From: Octopus sinensis
Taxonomy: Eukaryota
Direction of reading: 5' to 3'
Assembly: GCF_006345805.1 (NCBI RefSeq)
Contig: NC_043024.1
Span: forward strand, 9,796,001 to 9,860,000
Length of the DNA stretch: 64,000 nt
Shown: one piece after another, positions 23,809-36,082 of the stretch
Numbering within the stretch: the first letter of the stretch is position 1
How the letters are laid out: each line of letters begins with the position of its first letter
Position numbers and translations under genes: made by a program
The notes under the pieces: model-generated
What the model was told of the DNA's origin: nothing
Seen by the model: only the letters and a program-made list of their open reading frames with translations
The model's database searches: none

Positions 23809-23965
23809 GGACAGGCTTCTTTCAGTTTCCGTCTACCAAATCCACTCACAAGGCTTTGGTCGGCCCGAGGCTATAGTACAAGACACTTGCCCAAGGTGCC
23901 ACGCAGTGGGATTGAACCCGGAACCATGTGGTTCGTAAGCAAGCTACTTACCACACAGCCACTCC
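23560..23965 (-). mobile_element. Dominant tRNA-SINE
   Basis: Full copy in reverse orientation, just after the SH3-start exon. Confidence 0.85.
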
Positions 23966-24322
23966 TGATTCCATGCTAAACACAATCCCTGCCTCCTCAT
24001 GTCTTACAAACAACTTGCACATGCAAGTGCTACCAGTCAAAAACTCCGCATACCGGAAGCCAGCCAGTGTATGGGGTCATCAGGAGAGAATGTGCACCAT
24101 TTCAGGGCCTACCTCCTGACGGCATCAATGCACACCGGCGCGCCCTCACTGATACCGTCAACAAAAACAAAAGCACTTGGTCTTGTTTTAATAGAACTAT
24201 ATACTTATAGGCCCCTGGACAAAGCAATGCATGAAAGGTCACTTAATACACAATATAGATTTAGCACTGGGCTCCTAAAGCTGTTGGACCTTGAACAAGC
24301 TCCCAGTGTGCTCATGCTTTAA

Positions 24323-24544
24323 CCCTTTCGCTACTGTATTTCTGCTGAGATGCTCTGTGTTTCTTTCAATTAATTTTAAATATAACAAAGAATTTAGTAA
24401 AATATCTTAGTTATCATTAAGCTAGTGTTAGGAACATAAATTGTGACTAAGGTTTAGTGGAAGATTTTAATTCAAAACTTATGAAAACAAGACATTTGTA
24501 CTACAGAACCAGGGCTGGTTTCAGCCAGGTTTGTATCGAAAGGG
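24323..24544 (-). mobile_element. piggyBac-type MITE
   Basis: TTAA|CCCTTT...AAAGGG|TTAA. Confidence 0.88.
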
Positions 24545-24935
24545 TTAATATCCCTCACACACACACCACACACACAACAACACCAACAGCTCCATTATTT
24601 CCTGCTAATGATTCCAATATGATTTGGCATGGTTTTCTACAGCTGGATGCCCTCCCTAACACCAGCCTCGGAGTGGTTGGCATTAGGAAGGACATCCAAC
24701 CATAGGGACCATGCCAAATCAGGATGGAGCCTGGTGCAGCCTTTCAGCTTACCAGCCTTGGTCAAACCATCCAACCCTTGCCAGACATTAAATGATGATA
24801 ATGATGATGCTATCTCCAATATTTTCTTTCCTTCCTGGGGACACAGCTTGGTTTGTAACCCCTTCTGTACTCTTGTATAAACATGTTTACAACCCTGAGC
24901 AGGATTTAATGGTTTCTTTCCTTCTTCTCTTTTAG

Positions 24936-24991
24936 CTGATGATGATGAATTATCGTTCCAACCTGAAGACATTATCACTGCTGTTGACAGG
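24936..24991 (+). CDS. CTTN: Cortactin SH3 middle exon
   Basis: tttag acceptor, AGG|GTAAGG donor, phase 1 to 0; ADDDELSFQPEDIITAVDR. Confidence 0.94.
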
Positions 24992-25601
24992 GTAAGGGTT
25001 TCTTTGTGGAATTTTTATTATGTCTTGGGAGTATTTCTGTATTTGTGTGTGTGTATGTGTCTCCCTTCATCGTCACCTCTCCCTCGTAACCCCACCCCTA
25101 TACAATCCAACCTCACCTTCCCTATCCATCCTATTCCACCCCCACCCCATCCCTTACACCCACTCCCACATACTCCAACTCTACCCCGACCCCATCCCTT
25201 ACACCCACTCCCACATACTCCACCACTATCCCCCACCCTCAGCCTAACCCACATCCCACCCTTGCTTTCCCCGCTCTCGCCTCCCTCACATCCCAACACC
25301 ACCACGCCACACACCACCATACCATACACCACCATACCACACCACCACGCACACACTTGCACTGACCACTTCAGAGCCCCACACCATCATCGACACACAC
25401 ACATGCACATGTCAAGGTCACCAGCCCTTTTCCACACACACATACATACTCTCTTATACACATGTACATGCACCTCCGTTTTGGGATCACCACTACTTTA
25501 TTATCTCACCTTCTTCCTAGCTCTCCTGTGTGACTCCTCTGTCTAGCATTTGCCATGATAGATCGCTAGCCACTACACATTCTTTATTTTCCCAACTTGT
25601 T

Positions 25602-25639
25602 TCTTTCTGTAGAAGAGCGTAGGCTCGAAACGTAAAAGA
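25602..25639 (+). ncRNA. Candidate minimal type I hammerhead ribozyme (core variant CUGUAGA)
   Basis: TCTTT CTGTAGA A GAGC gtag GCTC GAAA CG TA AAAGA; stems I and II pair perfectly, stem III is palindromic ACGT. Confidence 0.5.
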
Positions 25640-26119
25640 CTTTTTCTATTCCTGAGCGTTATACTAATACATCTGTTTGTTTTGTACACCACCTGTCTTT
25701 GTCTTTTGTTTTTTTGTGAATTCTCCCTATATATATATATCTGTGTGTGTGTGTGTGTGCGTATATATATGTTGTTGTTGTTTTTGTCTCATTTGGTCTA
25801 AAGTCGTATGACAACCACCGTTATATATATTTTGTTTATTCATTACTGTTTTCAATTTCGTTTTCGTCTCTTGTATTCACATCCGTCTTGTGCGTTCACA
25901 TTCCTGTCTTCTACCAAGAAATCTAATGCTTACAGCTTAGTTTTTTTTCTTGGGGCTGGCCAAGTTGGAGCAAATATCAGAATTGAACAGCCGAAATTTG
26001 CTATGATGATTCGGTGTCTGACTGAAGATTGAAGGCTTCGAATGATTTGTCTGTGTTCCGTGTTCGTCCCTTCCTGTATTTCACGTTCATTATATATAAA
26101 AACATTCATTCTTATATAT

Positions 26120-26170
<51 letters not shown>

Positions 26171-26524
26171 AAGTGAGAGTATAAGGAGGATAAGTTTATA
26201 CTGGCGGATACCATATTACCTCTCAAATTGGTTCGATACCAGCTATCCACAATGGTCCTTATATAGCACTCAAGCTTAGAAAGTGGTACTAGGTACTATA
26301 ACTTCACTCATTCGGTAATTCCATGTTCTTATTGAGAACCGCAAATATTCCATAGAATATTTAATGACAAAAAAGAGTGGAGATTTTTACTCACGTCTAT
26401 TCATGGCAGTCGAAACATATGTAGGTCAGATGAACATTCTGTAGAAAACTTACAAAGGAAGAGATTTGGGGATGTGAGTGAATTAATTCACTACTCATCT
26501 TGATAAAAGTATGTAATTACAGGC

Positions 26525-26938
26525 ATAGGAGTGGCTGTGTGGTAAGTAGCTTGCTTACCAACCACATGGTTCCGGGTTCAGTCCCACTGCGTGACACCTT
26601 GGGGAAGTCTCTTCTACTATAGCCTCGGGCCAATCAAAGCCTTGTGAGTGGATTTGGTAAATGGAAACTGAAAGAAGCCTGTCGTATGTATGTATTTGTA
26701 TATATATATATGTGTGTGTGTGTGTATGTGTGTGTGTTTGTCCCCCCCCCTAGCATTGCTTAACAACCGATGCTGGTGTGTTTACGTCCCCGTAACTTAG
26801 CGGTTTGGCAAAAGAGACCGATAGAATAAGTACTAGGCTTACAAAGAATAAGTCCTGGGAGTCGATTTGCTCAACTAAAGGCGGTGCTCCAGCATGGCCG
26901 CAGTCAAATGACTGAAACAAGTAAAAGAATAAAAGAGT
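26525..26938 (+). mobile_element. Dominant tRNA-SINE
   Basis: Full copy. Confidence 0.85.
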
Positions 26939-26977
26939 TACCTCCTCCTCATTATCAATGTTATATATCTATGTACA

Positions 26978-27381
26978 TCTTTATATATAAAAGTGAGGTT
27001 GTGTGCTGTCTGTCTCCTGCGATTTAGATTCCTAACTACTCCCACATTTTGCGGTGCAGTGTAACCAAAACCGGGTATCTTATAGTCGTGATTCATATAG
27101 AGCCCTTCTGGGTATTAGCGCGCGTCTACGATGAGTCTACGATTTAAAAAAAAAAAATTTACCATAATTTTTTCCCATTTTTAATGAATTTTTTTTGCTA
27201 TTATATAAGGGAAGTAACTCTCTAAAAATGTATTATTAAATCTCAGAACGTAAAAAGCTACAGTAACCCCCCTTCCTTTGTGGTTAGCCATATTGAGATG
27301 GCTATTATACTTTACATCTCTAAAAATGTTTATATAGTTATTTCCCTTACAAACCCGAGCAACGCCGGGCGATACTGCTAG
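26978..27381 (+). mobile_element. Non-autonomous Helitron
   Basis: A|TC start, CTAG|T end, hairpin cccgagcaacgccggg; same 3' end as 8549-8942. Confidence 0.85.
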
Positions 27382-27415
27382 TATTTATATAATTTTGTAT
27401 GGTTTTTATTTTCAG

Positions 27416-27499
27416 ATTGACGAAGGCTGGTGGAAAGGAGAGTGCCATGGAAAGATTGGATTGTTTCCTGCTAACTATGTTGAACTAATACAGCAATAA
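27416..27499 (+). CDS. CTTN: Cortactin terminal coding exon (SH3 end and stop)
   Basis: ttttcag acceptor; [27 protein letters not shown] followed by TAA; canonical SH3 WW and GLFPANYV motifs. Confidence 0.96.
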   Translation: MDEGWWKGECHGKIGLFPANYVELIQQ

Positions 27500-27730
27500 C
27501 GCAGTCAACAACTTCTGTACACACACACTGACACACATACACGCACACACACACACACACACACAAACAAATTACATACTTTTATCAATTATACTCCTAA
27601 TTAGCAATCATGTGACTTTTTGAACCCTAAAAAAGAGCCTTCTCACATGTATGTATGTGTATATATATATATGTATATATGTGTATATATATATATTCAT
27701 TACAGATATAGGGTAAAAAATTATTAATTT

Positions 27731-27736
27731 AATAAA
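27731..27736 (+). promoter_or_regulatory. Candidate polyadenylation signal for cortactin
   Basis: First AATAAA I found after the stop codon; the region is AT-rich, so this is weak. Confidence 0.3.
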
Positions 27737-27884
27737 TTAACAAATTTTACCAAGTAGTTTTCGGTATGGAAAAGAGCCATATTTGGTAAAAACTTATACC
27801 AAAAGTTTTTTTTAGCGACAAGTTGTTACTAAACCCTTAATTATTGTTATAATTATATATATATATATATATATATTTATAAGC

Positions 27885-28298
27885 GCAGGAGTGGCTGTGT
27901 GGTAAGTAGCTTGCTTACCAACCACATGGTTCTGGGTTCAGTCCCACTGCGTGGCACCTTGGGCGAGTGTCTTCTACTATAGCCTCGGGCTGACCAAAGC
28001 CTTGTGAGTGGATTTGGTAGACGGAAACTGAAAGAAGCCCGTCGTATATATGTATATATATGTGTGTGTGTGTGTGTATATGTTTGTGTGTCTGTGTTTG
28101 CTGCCATCCCCCTCCCCGCATCACTTGACAACCATGCTGGTGTTTTTATGTCCCCCGTAACTTAGCAGTTCGGCAAAAGAGACCGATAGAATAAGTACTA
28201 GGCTTACAAAGAATAAGTCCGGGGTCGATTTGCTCGATTAAAAGGCGGTGCTCCAGCATGGCCACAGTCAAATGACTGAAACAAGTAAAAGAGTAAAA
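27885..28298 (+). mobile_element. Dominant tRNA-SINE
   Basis: Full copy downstream of the cortactin stop codon. Confidence 0.85.
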
Positions 28299-28784
28299 GA
28301 TATATATGTATGTATGTATGTCATTGTGAACCCCTATATTTACAACTCCCCTAATAGCGCTTAAACTGCCATATTTAAAAAAATGGCTGAGCGAACCCTG
28401 GAATGTCAGCCACAAATACACTCATGGAAGGTAGCTGTATGTATTGTATCACTTGATGGATAGGTAGATAGCTCCTCCGAATATTGCTCTTAAATTTTTG
28501 AAGAGCCATGGGTAGACCAGGTCAGGTTTGGTGGGGAGGGCATTGCTGGATTCACGATTTGACTGTATACTCCTGGGTCCTCCAGGGTGGCCCATCAAGC
28601 AGAGCCCCAATTTGTCTCTATCCCCAGGAGATACCACCTCATCTGCCCTGACCATTCGGCGTATGCGACGACTGACTCGAGCCATGAGCAGAACAAACTA
28701 TATTTTGTCGGACTAACTATTATGGATTAGATATTTCAGATAGATTAATATACTTACATACATATATATATATATATATATATG

Positions 28785-28940
28785 AAATTATAATTTAGGG
28801 TATCTACGAGATACCGCCATGCTGAAAATAGCAGCCGAAATCCAAACATTTAATCTGAACATTTAATGTGGTTTTAGAGTCAGATTTTGGCTGCTATTTT
28901 CAGCATGGCGGTATCTCGTAGATGCCGTAAATTATAATTT
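28785..28940. mobile_element. Short palindromic MITE-like element
   Basis: Inverted arms of about 57 bp (atctacgagataccgccatgctgaaaatagcagcc / reverse complement). Confidence 0.7.
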
Positions 28941-29224
28941 TAATAATAATTATTACCTTGAAGGATTTTATTTCCATGCTGGCCACTTGATAAGATTGTT
29001 ATTTTAATTTAAATTAACGATCTTAACGGCGAGCTGGCAGAATCGTTAGCACGCCGGGCGAAATGCTTATGTTCTGAGTTCAAACTCCGCCGAGGTCGAC
29101 TTTGCTTTTCATCCTTTCGGGGGTCGATAAATTAAGTACCAGTTGTGCACTGGGGTCGATCTGATCGACTGGCCCCCTACCCCAAAATTTCGGGCCTTAT
29201 GCCTAGAGTAGAAAAGGATATATA

Positions 29225-29262
<38 letters not shown>

Positions 29263-29337
29263 CGAAGATTTTTTTTTTAATATGCTAGGCCACTGGTTTT
29301 AATTGATTAATATCAATTTCTACCCTTAATTAATTTG

Positions 29338-29368
<31 letters not shown>

Positions 29369-30108
29369 CATATATATGCATACATACAATTATACACATT
29401 GTATATACACGCTGGAGTGTGTTGACAATGGCTGTAGTTGGAAGGTGAAAAACAAAATTTAAGGGTTTCATTTAATGTGCTAACAAATGCTGTTGGGAAG
29501 AAGGCACAAACATCACATAGTCCCCTTTTCTTTTTGGTGTGTTGGACACATGGACACACACCAACAGAAATGGGCACCGATTCTTTTTGTTTTTTTTTTC
29601 TTTTTAAATTCTAGATACTGAGTTGATTGTTGCGGCGTTCCTATCAAATATATTTTTTTACTTGTCTTTACGCAAAATTTTTACTAAAGAAAAAAAAAAA
29701 ACAATCAACAAAAAGTTTAAACTAAAAAAGCAAAAACAAAAAAAAAACGGAAAGAAAAATAACTAAAACAAAAAACAAACTAAATATATTTGCATGATTT
29801 GATAAAAAAAAATTTTTTTTTTTTTTTTTTTCCAATTTTTAAATTCGTTTGTCCAGATTTTATTCTGGATATATTAATTTTTTTTTTTTTTGGCGTTATT
29901 TTTATTATTTTTTGTTTTTGTAAAATTCTTCGATCTGCGTGTGGGTGATGGGGTGAGGTTTCAATCATTGGTCAACGACCATGCTTCGACAATGAAGGGG
30001 TTGAGATGTTGCCTTTTTATGTATGTTGCAACTCTTCCGCACTCTCTCTCTCTCCTTGCTTCGCCATCCCATTTCTGCTTACCCCCGGCCCCCCACCCCC
30101 ACCCTTAC

Positions 30109-30180
30109 CTCTCTCGGTACTTTGCTCTTTGACTTATCAATCCCGTAAATGGAGGAAGAATGAAAGACCAAAATCGTCTC
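30109..30180 (-). other. Putative exon (possibly terminal) of an unidentified - strand gene
   Basis: - strand ttcttattccacag acceptor and GAG|GTAAGG donor-like site; no recognisable protein. Confidence 0.3.
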
Positions 30181-30295
30181 CTGTGGAATAAGAAGTAGCA
30201 AAACCCAACCAAATTGAACAGAACAGAATATCAAAATATGACTAACAACTTTTATTTCACGTTAAAACATCCAATTTTGTTTTTTACATCGCATA

Positions 30296-30337
<42 letters not shown>

Positions 30338-30894
30338 TATCATGTCACGTGACCGACCAGACCATCAGATGTTGTTACACATCGCTGGTCACAATGCGCT
30401 TCACATTGTTTTAGCCTTCGAATGACGCCACCCCGCTGGCTAAGCGACCAGGCCAACAGAAGAAAGAGTAGAGAAAGTTGCGGTGAAAGAGTACATTAGG
30501 GATCACCACCACCCCTTGCCGGAGCGTCGTGGAGCTTTTGGGTGTTTTCGCTCAATAAACACTCACAACGCTCAGTCTGGGAATCAAATATCGATCGTAC
30601 GACTGCAAGTCCACTGCCCTAACCACTGGGCCATTGCGCCTCCACACATATATATATATATAATATAATATAATATATACACACACACACATACACATGC
30701 TTACATATATACGAAGGTGAGGCAAAAGTAATGCCGTTTTGTTTAGGACAGGTATGATTACCAACACAAGAACATGTATCATACATCAAAATGAAGCTGG
30801 TCCTTTGTGGATCACATCCCTATTTCCCAACATAGTCACCGTTTCTCTCAATAGCAATTTTTTTTACCTTTAATAAATAGTGTATATACACATA

Positions 30895-31137
30895 CAGTTG
30901 TGTCAAAAAAATCTGGAACATTCCTTTAAAAATAAAAATTGTTATGCCCAAGTACTATTGGATTCAAATATATGCAACTTAGATATTTGGGTGTTTAATA
31001 TAAAAATTTTAATTTCCGGACCTATGTTCCAAACTTTTGGCAAAGAAATAATATATTGCAAATTTAACATAACTTTGGGTATTTAATATAAAAATTCTAA
31101 TTTTCAGACCTTTGTTCCAAAACTTTGGTCATGACTG
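30895..31137. mobile_element. Tc1-type MITE
   Basis: TA|CAGTTGTGTCAAAAAATCTGGAACA ... TGTTCCAAAACTTTGGTCATGACTG|TA. Confidence 0.75.
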
Positions 31138-31784
31138 TATATATGTATATATATATATATATATTATATATATATGTATACTGTATACACACACACACAT
31201 ATGCACAATAGACCTCTGCCGAGTTTCCTTCTCGTAAAATTCCACTCCTAAGACTTTGGTCGTTCTGAGAGATGCTATGGTAAAAGACATTTTCACAAAC
31301 TGCTGAGCAAAGGGATTGAACATGTAGCCCACATGGTTGTGAAGCGGATTTCCTAACCACACAACCAATCAGTTTTATAGATTTAAATTCACCAAGAGAA
31401 CGAGAATTAAGGAGGTGCAGTTTGCCAATGACAGCCGTATCGAACATTTGTCTCTGTTGACCTTGATGGACATATCTGCTCTTCTTCACCCCTGAAGGGA
31501 CCTTATGTTTAAGCAAGGTACTGGGATATCAATAATAATGATGATGATGGTGATGATGATGAATATTTTAAACACACAACTGGTTCATTTTGTTATGTAA
31601 ATGTATGTATTTGCATAACCATCCTACCCCATGAAAGCAGGTTGAGAAAGACAATATAGATGTGTGTGTGTATACATATATCTATGTAGGTATATGCGTA
31701 TATGTATTTATATGCATATAGATATATATATATAAAATTATACTTTTATATATGATGTGTTGTGAATTTTTTATATATATATGT

Positions 31785-31820
<36 letters not shown>

Positions 31821-31916
31821 ATATTTATGTGTGTGTGTATATATATGTGTATATATATATATGCATACATATAGGTGCATACATGTGTGTATATATGCAT
31901 ATATATATGCATGTAC

Positions 31917-31954
<38 letters not shown>

Positions 31955-31960
<6 letters not shown>

Positions 31961-32189
31961 AAACACTTAAATGTGAAACAAGGTGGAAAAAAGAGTACTG
32001 AAATACCAGTGGTAGAGTAATATGCTTTATTTAAAAGCAGCAGAAAATTCAACAAAACCTGTTACTCTGAGTTCCACGTTGCCGTTCGTCGGACAGTTTT
32101 TTCTAGCAAAAACTGTCCGACGAACAGGAACGTGAAACTCAGAGTAACAGGTTTTGTTGAATTTTCTGCTGCTTTTAAATAAAGCATAT
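31955..32189. mobile_element. Penelope-like element: head-to-head inverted hammerhead cassettes
   Basis: Near-perfect palindrome at 32020-32189; hammerhead-like segments at 32059-32096 (-) and 32113-32150 (+). Confidence 0.65.
32113..32150 (+). ncRNA. Candidate minimal type I hammerhead ribozyme (core variant CCGACGA)
   Basis: CTGT CCGACGA ACA GGAA CGT GAAA CTC A GAG TA ACAG; stem I CTGT/ACAG, stem III ACTC/GAGT, GUA cleavage triplet. Confidence 0.55.
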
Positions 32190-32659
32190 ATATATATATA
32201 TATATATATTTACATATATATGTGCATACATCTACACACTCCCTCCCAACACACGTACACACACACACACACACATCAACCTGCTGTTTCTATTCTGCTG
32301 AATATTCAACCTTGTGACTCCTGACTCAACTGCTCCTTCTTATTTTCAAAAAACTTTTTTTTCCTTGATATATTTTCTTGATTAATCTCTTGTTTCTATT
32401 TTTCGGAGAATATTTATTCAATTCTTTCTCTCTCCTTTTTTTTTTTTTACCCCCCCCCCATTACTTTGTGTCACTCCTGAAGTCTTCTTTACTCTCCTAA
32501 ATCACTTTTTGTATATTTTTCTGCTTATTTTCTCCATCTTGCTGATGAAACTTATTTCAACCTCAACATACTAAAGTTTGTAAATTTGAACAGAGATGAT
32601 TTTATCCAGTTAAAAATGTTTTTTTAGGCGATGTAAACAATTTTGGTCAGTGGAAAAAA

Positions 32660-32945
32660 TTCCAGGCAATTTCAGCCTAAGCTGTGAAAAAAATTTCAGC
32701 CAAAGCACTGAAAAAAATTTCAGGCAATTTTAGCCAAAGCACTGAAAAAAATTTCAGGCAATTCTAGCCTAAACAGTGAAAAAAATTTCAGACAATTTTA
32801 GCCAAAGCAGTGAAAAAAATTTCAGGCAATTTCAGCCTAAGCACTGAAAAAAATTTCAGGCAATTTTAGCCGAAGCACTGAAAAAAATTTCAGGCAATTT
32901 TAGCCTAAGCACTGAAAAAAATTTCAGGCAATTTTAGCCTAAGCA
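32660..32945. repeat. Minisatellite of about 35 bp, about 8 copies
   Basis: aaaaaatttcaggcaattttagcc(t)aagcactg units. Confidence 0.9.
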
Positions 32946-33499
32946 ATTTTAGTTTCTGGAATCTAGTTTGGCTGATAAAAATAGTTTTGGCTGTTCAAAA
33001 TAGTTTTGGCCAAAGAATACAGTTTTAGGCGATATAAACGATTTCGGCCAATGAAAATGGTTTTTGGTTGTTGAGAATTAATTTTGGCCAATGAAAACCA
33101 ACGTTAAATTTCTTCAGAATTGTTTTTATTTTTCCTTTTGAATTTCTCCTCCATTGCATAATAAAACATGTGATTGAAAAATAGAAACAGAACTACATAC
33201 ACACACACACATATACATACATACAATTATATATATATATACATATGTGTATATACATATAAAAATACGAATTGGAACAAGAATGCAAAACATTCATATA
33301 GATGATACAAAAAACATGGATGGGTCATTCGAAGCCTCTAATCTTCAGTCAAGAACCGGATCATCCTCGCAATTTCGGCTGATTGATCCGGTTCTTGACT
33401 GAAGATTAGGGGCTTCAAATGACCCCTCTGTGTTTTTTGTATCGTCTGTATGAATGTTTTGCATTCTTGTCCCATTTTGTACTTTTATATATATATATA

Positions 33500-34140
33500 T
33501 ATTATAGTGGCGTACGTACACCTTATTCTCTTATATATATATATATATATATACATACACGCACACACATAGCATAAAACCAACATAAACATTTTGTAAT
33601 TTTATATATATATATATATTATAGTGGCGTACGTACACCTTATTCTCTTATATATATATATACACATACACATAAATATATATACATACATACACGCACA
33701 CACATAGCATAAAACCAACATAAACATTTTGTAATTTTATATATATATATATATTATAGTGGCGTACGTACACCTTATTCTCTTATATATATATATATAT
33801 ACACATACACATAAATATATATACATATACATACATACACGCACACACATAGCATAAAACCAACATAAACATTTTGTAATTTTATATATATATATTATAG
33901 TGGCGTACGTACACCTTATTCTCTTATATATATATATATATACACATACACATAAATATATATACATATACATACATACACGCACACACATAGCATAAAA
34001 CCAACATAAACATTTTGTAATTTTATATATATATATTATAGTGGCGTACGTACACCTTATTCTCTTATATATATATATATATACACATACACATAAATAT
34101 ATATACATATACATACATGCACACATATAGCATAAAGCCA
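33500..34140. repeat. Tandem repeat of about 120-145 bp interleaved with (TA)n, about 5 copies
   Basis: attatagtggcgtacgtacaccttattctc recurs five times. Confidence 0.9.
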
Positions 34141-34544
34141 ACATATACACATACACACATGGTGTTGGTTTTAGTGTTGGCATAATGGATTCATTCAGAT
34201 CGTTAAGCTTTCGTTTACTGCCAATTACAAAATAATTAGTTGGAGAAAATATTCAGTTATCAAACAAAAAGACAAAAAAAAAACATTGCAAAAAAAAAAA
34301 AAAAGCATCATTCCATTTTTTTCTTTTTTTTGATGTCAAAAGAATTTGGAAAGGTAATCAAATTTGTAAAGTATTCTTTTTTTAAAAATTCATTTAAATT
34401 TCTTTGAAAGCTGAAATTATAATCTTAAACCAACAACTACATTATCATAATAATAATAATGATAATAATAATAATAATAATAAAAATTAAAAAATTAGAA
34501 CAAATCCGTATTTTCTTTTTATTATTGCTTTAATGTGTGTAAAT

Positions 34545-35025
34545 CGTAATGAGATGGCTTGGGCGTGTTAGCCATATGAAAGATGGCAGAATCCCCAAGG
34601 ACACTCTACGGAGAGCTTGCTAGGGGTACTAGGTCTGTGGGTAGACCGTTCTTACGTTACAAGGATGTTTGCAAAAGGGACATGAAGGCCTGCAACATCA
34701 ATATTAGCGGTTGGGAAGCACATGCCGGCAACCGTGGAGATTGGCGACATGCCGTAAAAGAGGGGACTCGAAAAGGGGTGACAGAGAGAGAGAGGAGAAA
34801 TGGAAAGACAAGAAAAGACGTCAACAAGAAACTATGGCATTACAACCAGCCAGGCAAAGTCTTCGCTACATTTGCGGTACCTGCCAGGGGAGTGTTGTCC
34901 AGGATAGGACTACACAGCCACAGCAGGAAATGTATCAGGACATGAAATGTAAAAGCCGGACGGGACTATTTTATGCGCAACTCCATTGTCTCCCGACACA
35001 AAAAAGGATGCCAACAACAACAACA
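34545..35025 (+). mobile_element. RTE-clade LINE 3' fragment (frameshifted)
   Basis: MRWLGRVSHMKDGRIPKD...YGELARGTRSVGRPFLRYKDVCKRDMK...SRIGLHSHSRKC and a (CAA)n tail. Confidence 0.85.
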
Positions 35026-35164
35026 TGTGCATAAATCAACAGGGTTATTCAAAAACAATAAACTGATTGCTCTCTTCCACATATACGGGCTTGTCCTTTT
35101 TCGGGGTCAGTGCCACTTAAAAAGGACCAGCTCAGGTGCTGCGTTAATGCACCCCTGCCACTAC

Positions 35165-36082
35165 TGTTTGTTTGTTTGTTTGTTGAGCGAACGGTCGGTC
35201 TTCGTCCCAGAGTGAGAGAAGTCCGAAACGTGGTCCTTTGCTATTCGTAAGACCTGCAGAAGAGAAAGCAGGTCAAGTCCCGACACCGAGAGCATCGACG
35301 GATGGATGAATGCGCATCCAGGCTCAGCGGATGCATAGGAAGTCGGGGACAAGAAACAGGAAGAAAGAGTGAGAGAAAGTTGCGGTGAAAGAGTACAACA
35401 GAGGTCGCCACCCACCCCCTGCCAGAGCCTCGTGGAGCTTTAGGTGTTTTCACTCAATAAACACACACAACGCCCGGTCTGGGAATCGAAACCGCGAGTC
35501 TGCTGCCCTAACCATTGGGCCATTGCGCCTCCACTGCTGTTGCTGTTGAGCGAAGCGGTCTTTGTTCCAGAGTGGGAGAAGTCCGAAACGTGGTTCTTGC
35601 TATTCGTAAGACCCGCAGAAGAGAAAGCAGGTCAACCCCCGACACCGAGAGCATCGACGAATGGATGATTGTGCATCCAGGCTCAGCGGTTGCGTAGGAA
35701 GTCGGAGACAAGAAACAGGAAGAAAGAGTGAGAGAAAGTTGGAGCGAAAGAGTACAACAGAGGTCGCCACCCACCCCCTGCCAGAGCCTCGTGGAGCTTT
35801 AGGTGTTTTCGCTCAACAGGGGTCACCACCTACTCCCTGCCGAAGCCTTGTGGAGCTTTAGATGTTTTCGCTCAACAGGGGTCACCACCCACTCCCTGCC
35901 GGAGCCTCGTGGAGCTTTAGGTGTTTTCGCTCAACAGGGGTCGCCACCCACTCCCTGCCGGAGCCTCGTCGAGCTTTAGGTGTTTTCGCTCAATAAACAC
36001 ACACAACGCCCCGGTCTGGGAATCAAAACCGCGATCCTCCGACCGCGAGTCCACTGCCCTAACCACTGGGCCATTGTAGCTC
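35165..36082 (-). mobile_element. Cluster of tRNA-SINEs, tail type b, with an internal ~61-bp expansion
   Basis: Two copies (35165-35530, 35545-36082); 4 tandem aacaggggtcaccacccactccctgccggagcctcgtggagc-type units at about 35750-35990; third copy at 37710-38040 (+). Confidence 0.8.

Noticed and set aside
28449-28716. Overlapping 78-aa and 62-aa ORFs in a GC-richer patch
   Set aside because: No recognisable motif or flanking splice sites; could be UTR or an old TE remnant.
33401-33425. CTGAAGA...CAAAT/CGAAT as a hammerhead
   Set aside because: No GAAA, no credible stem III or cleavage triplet.
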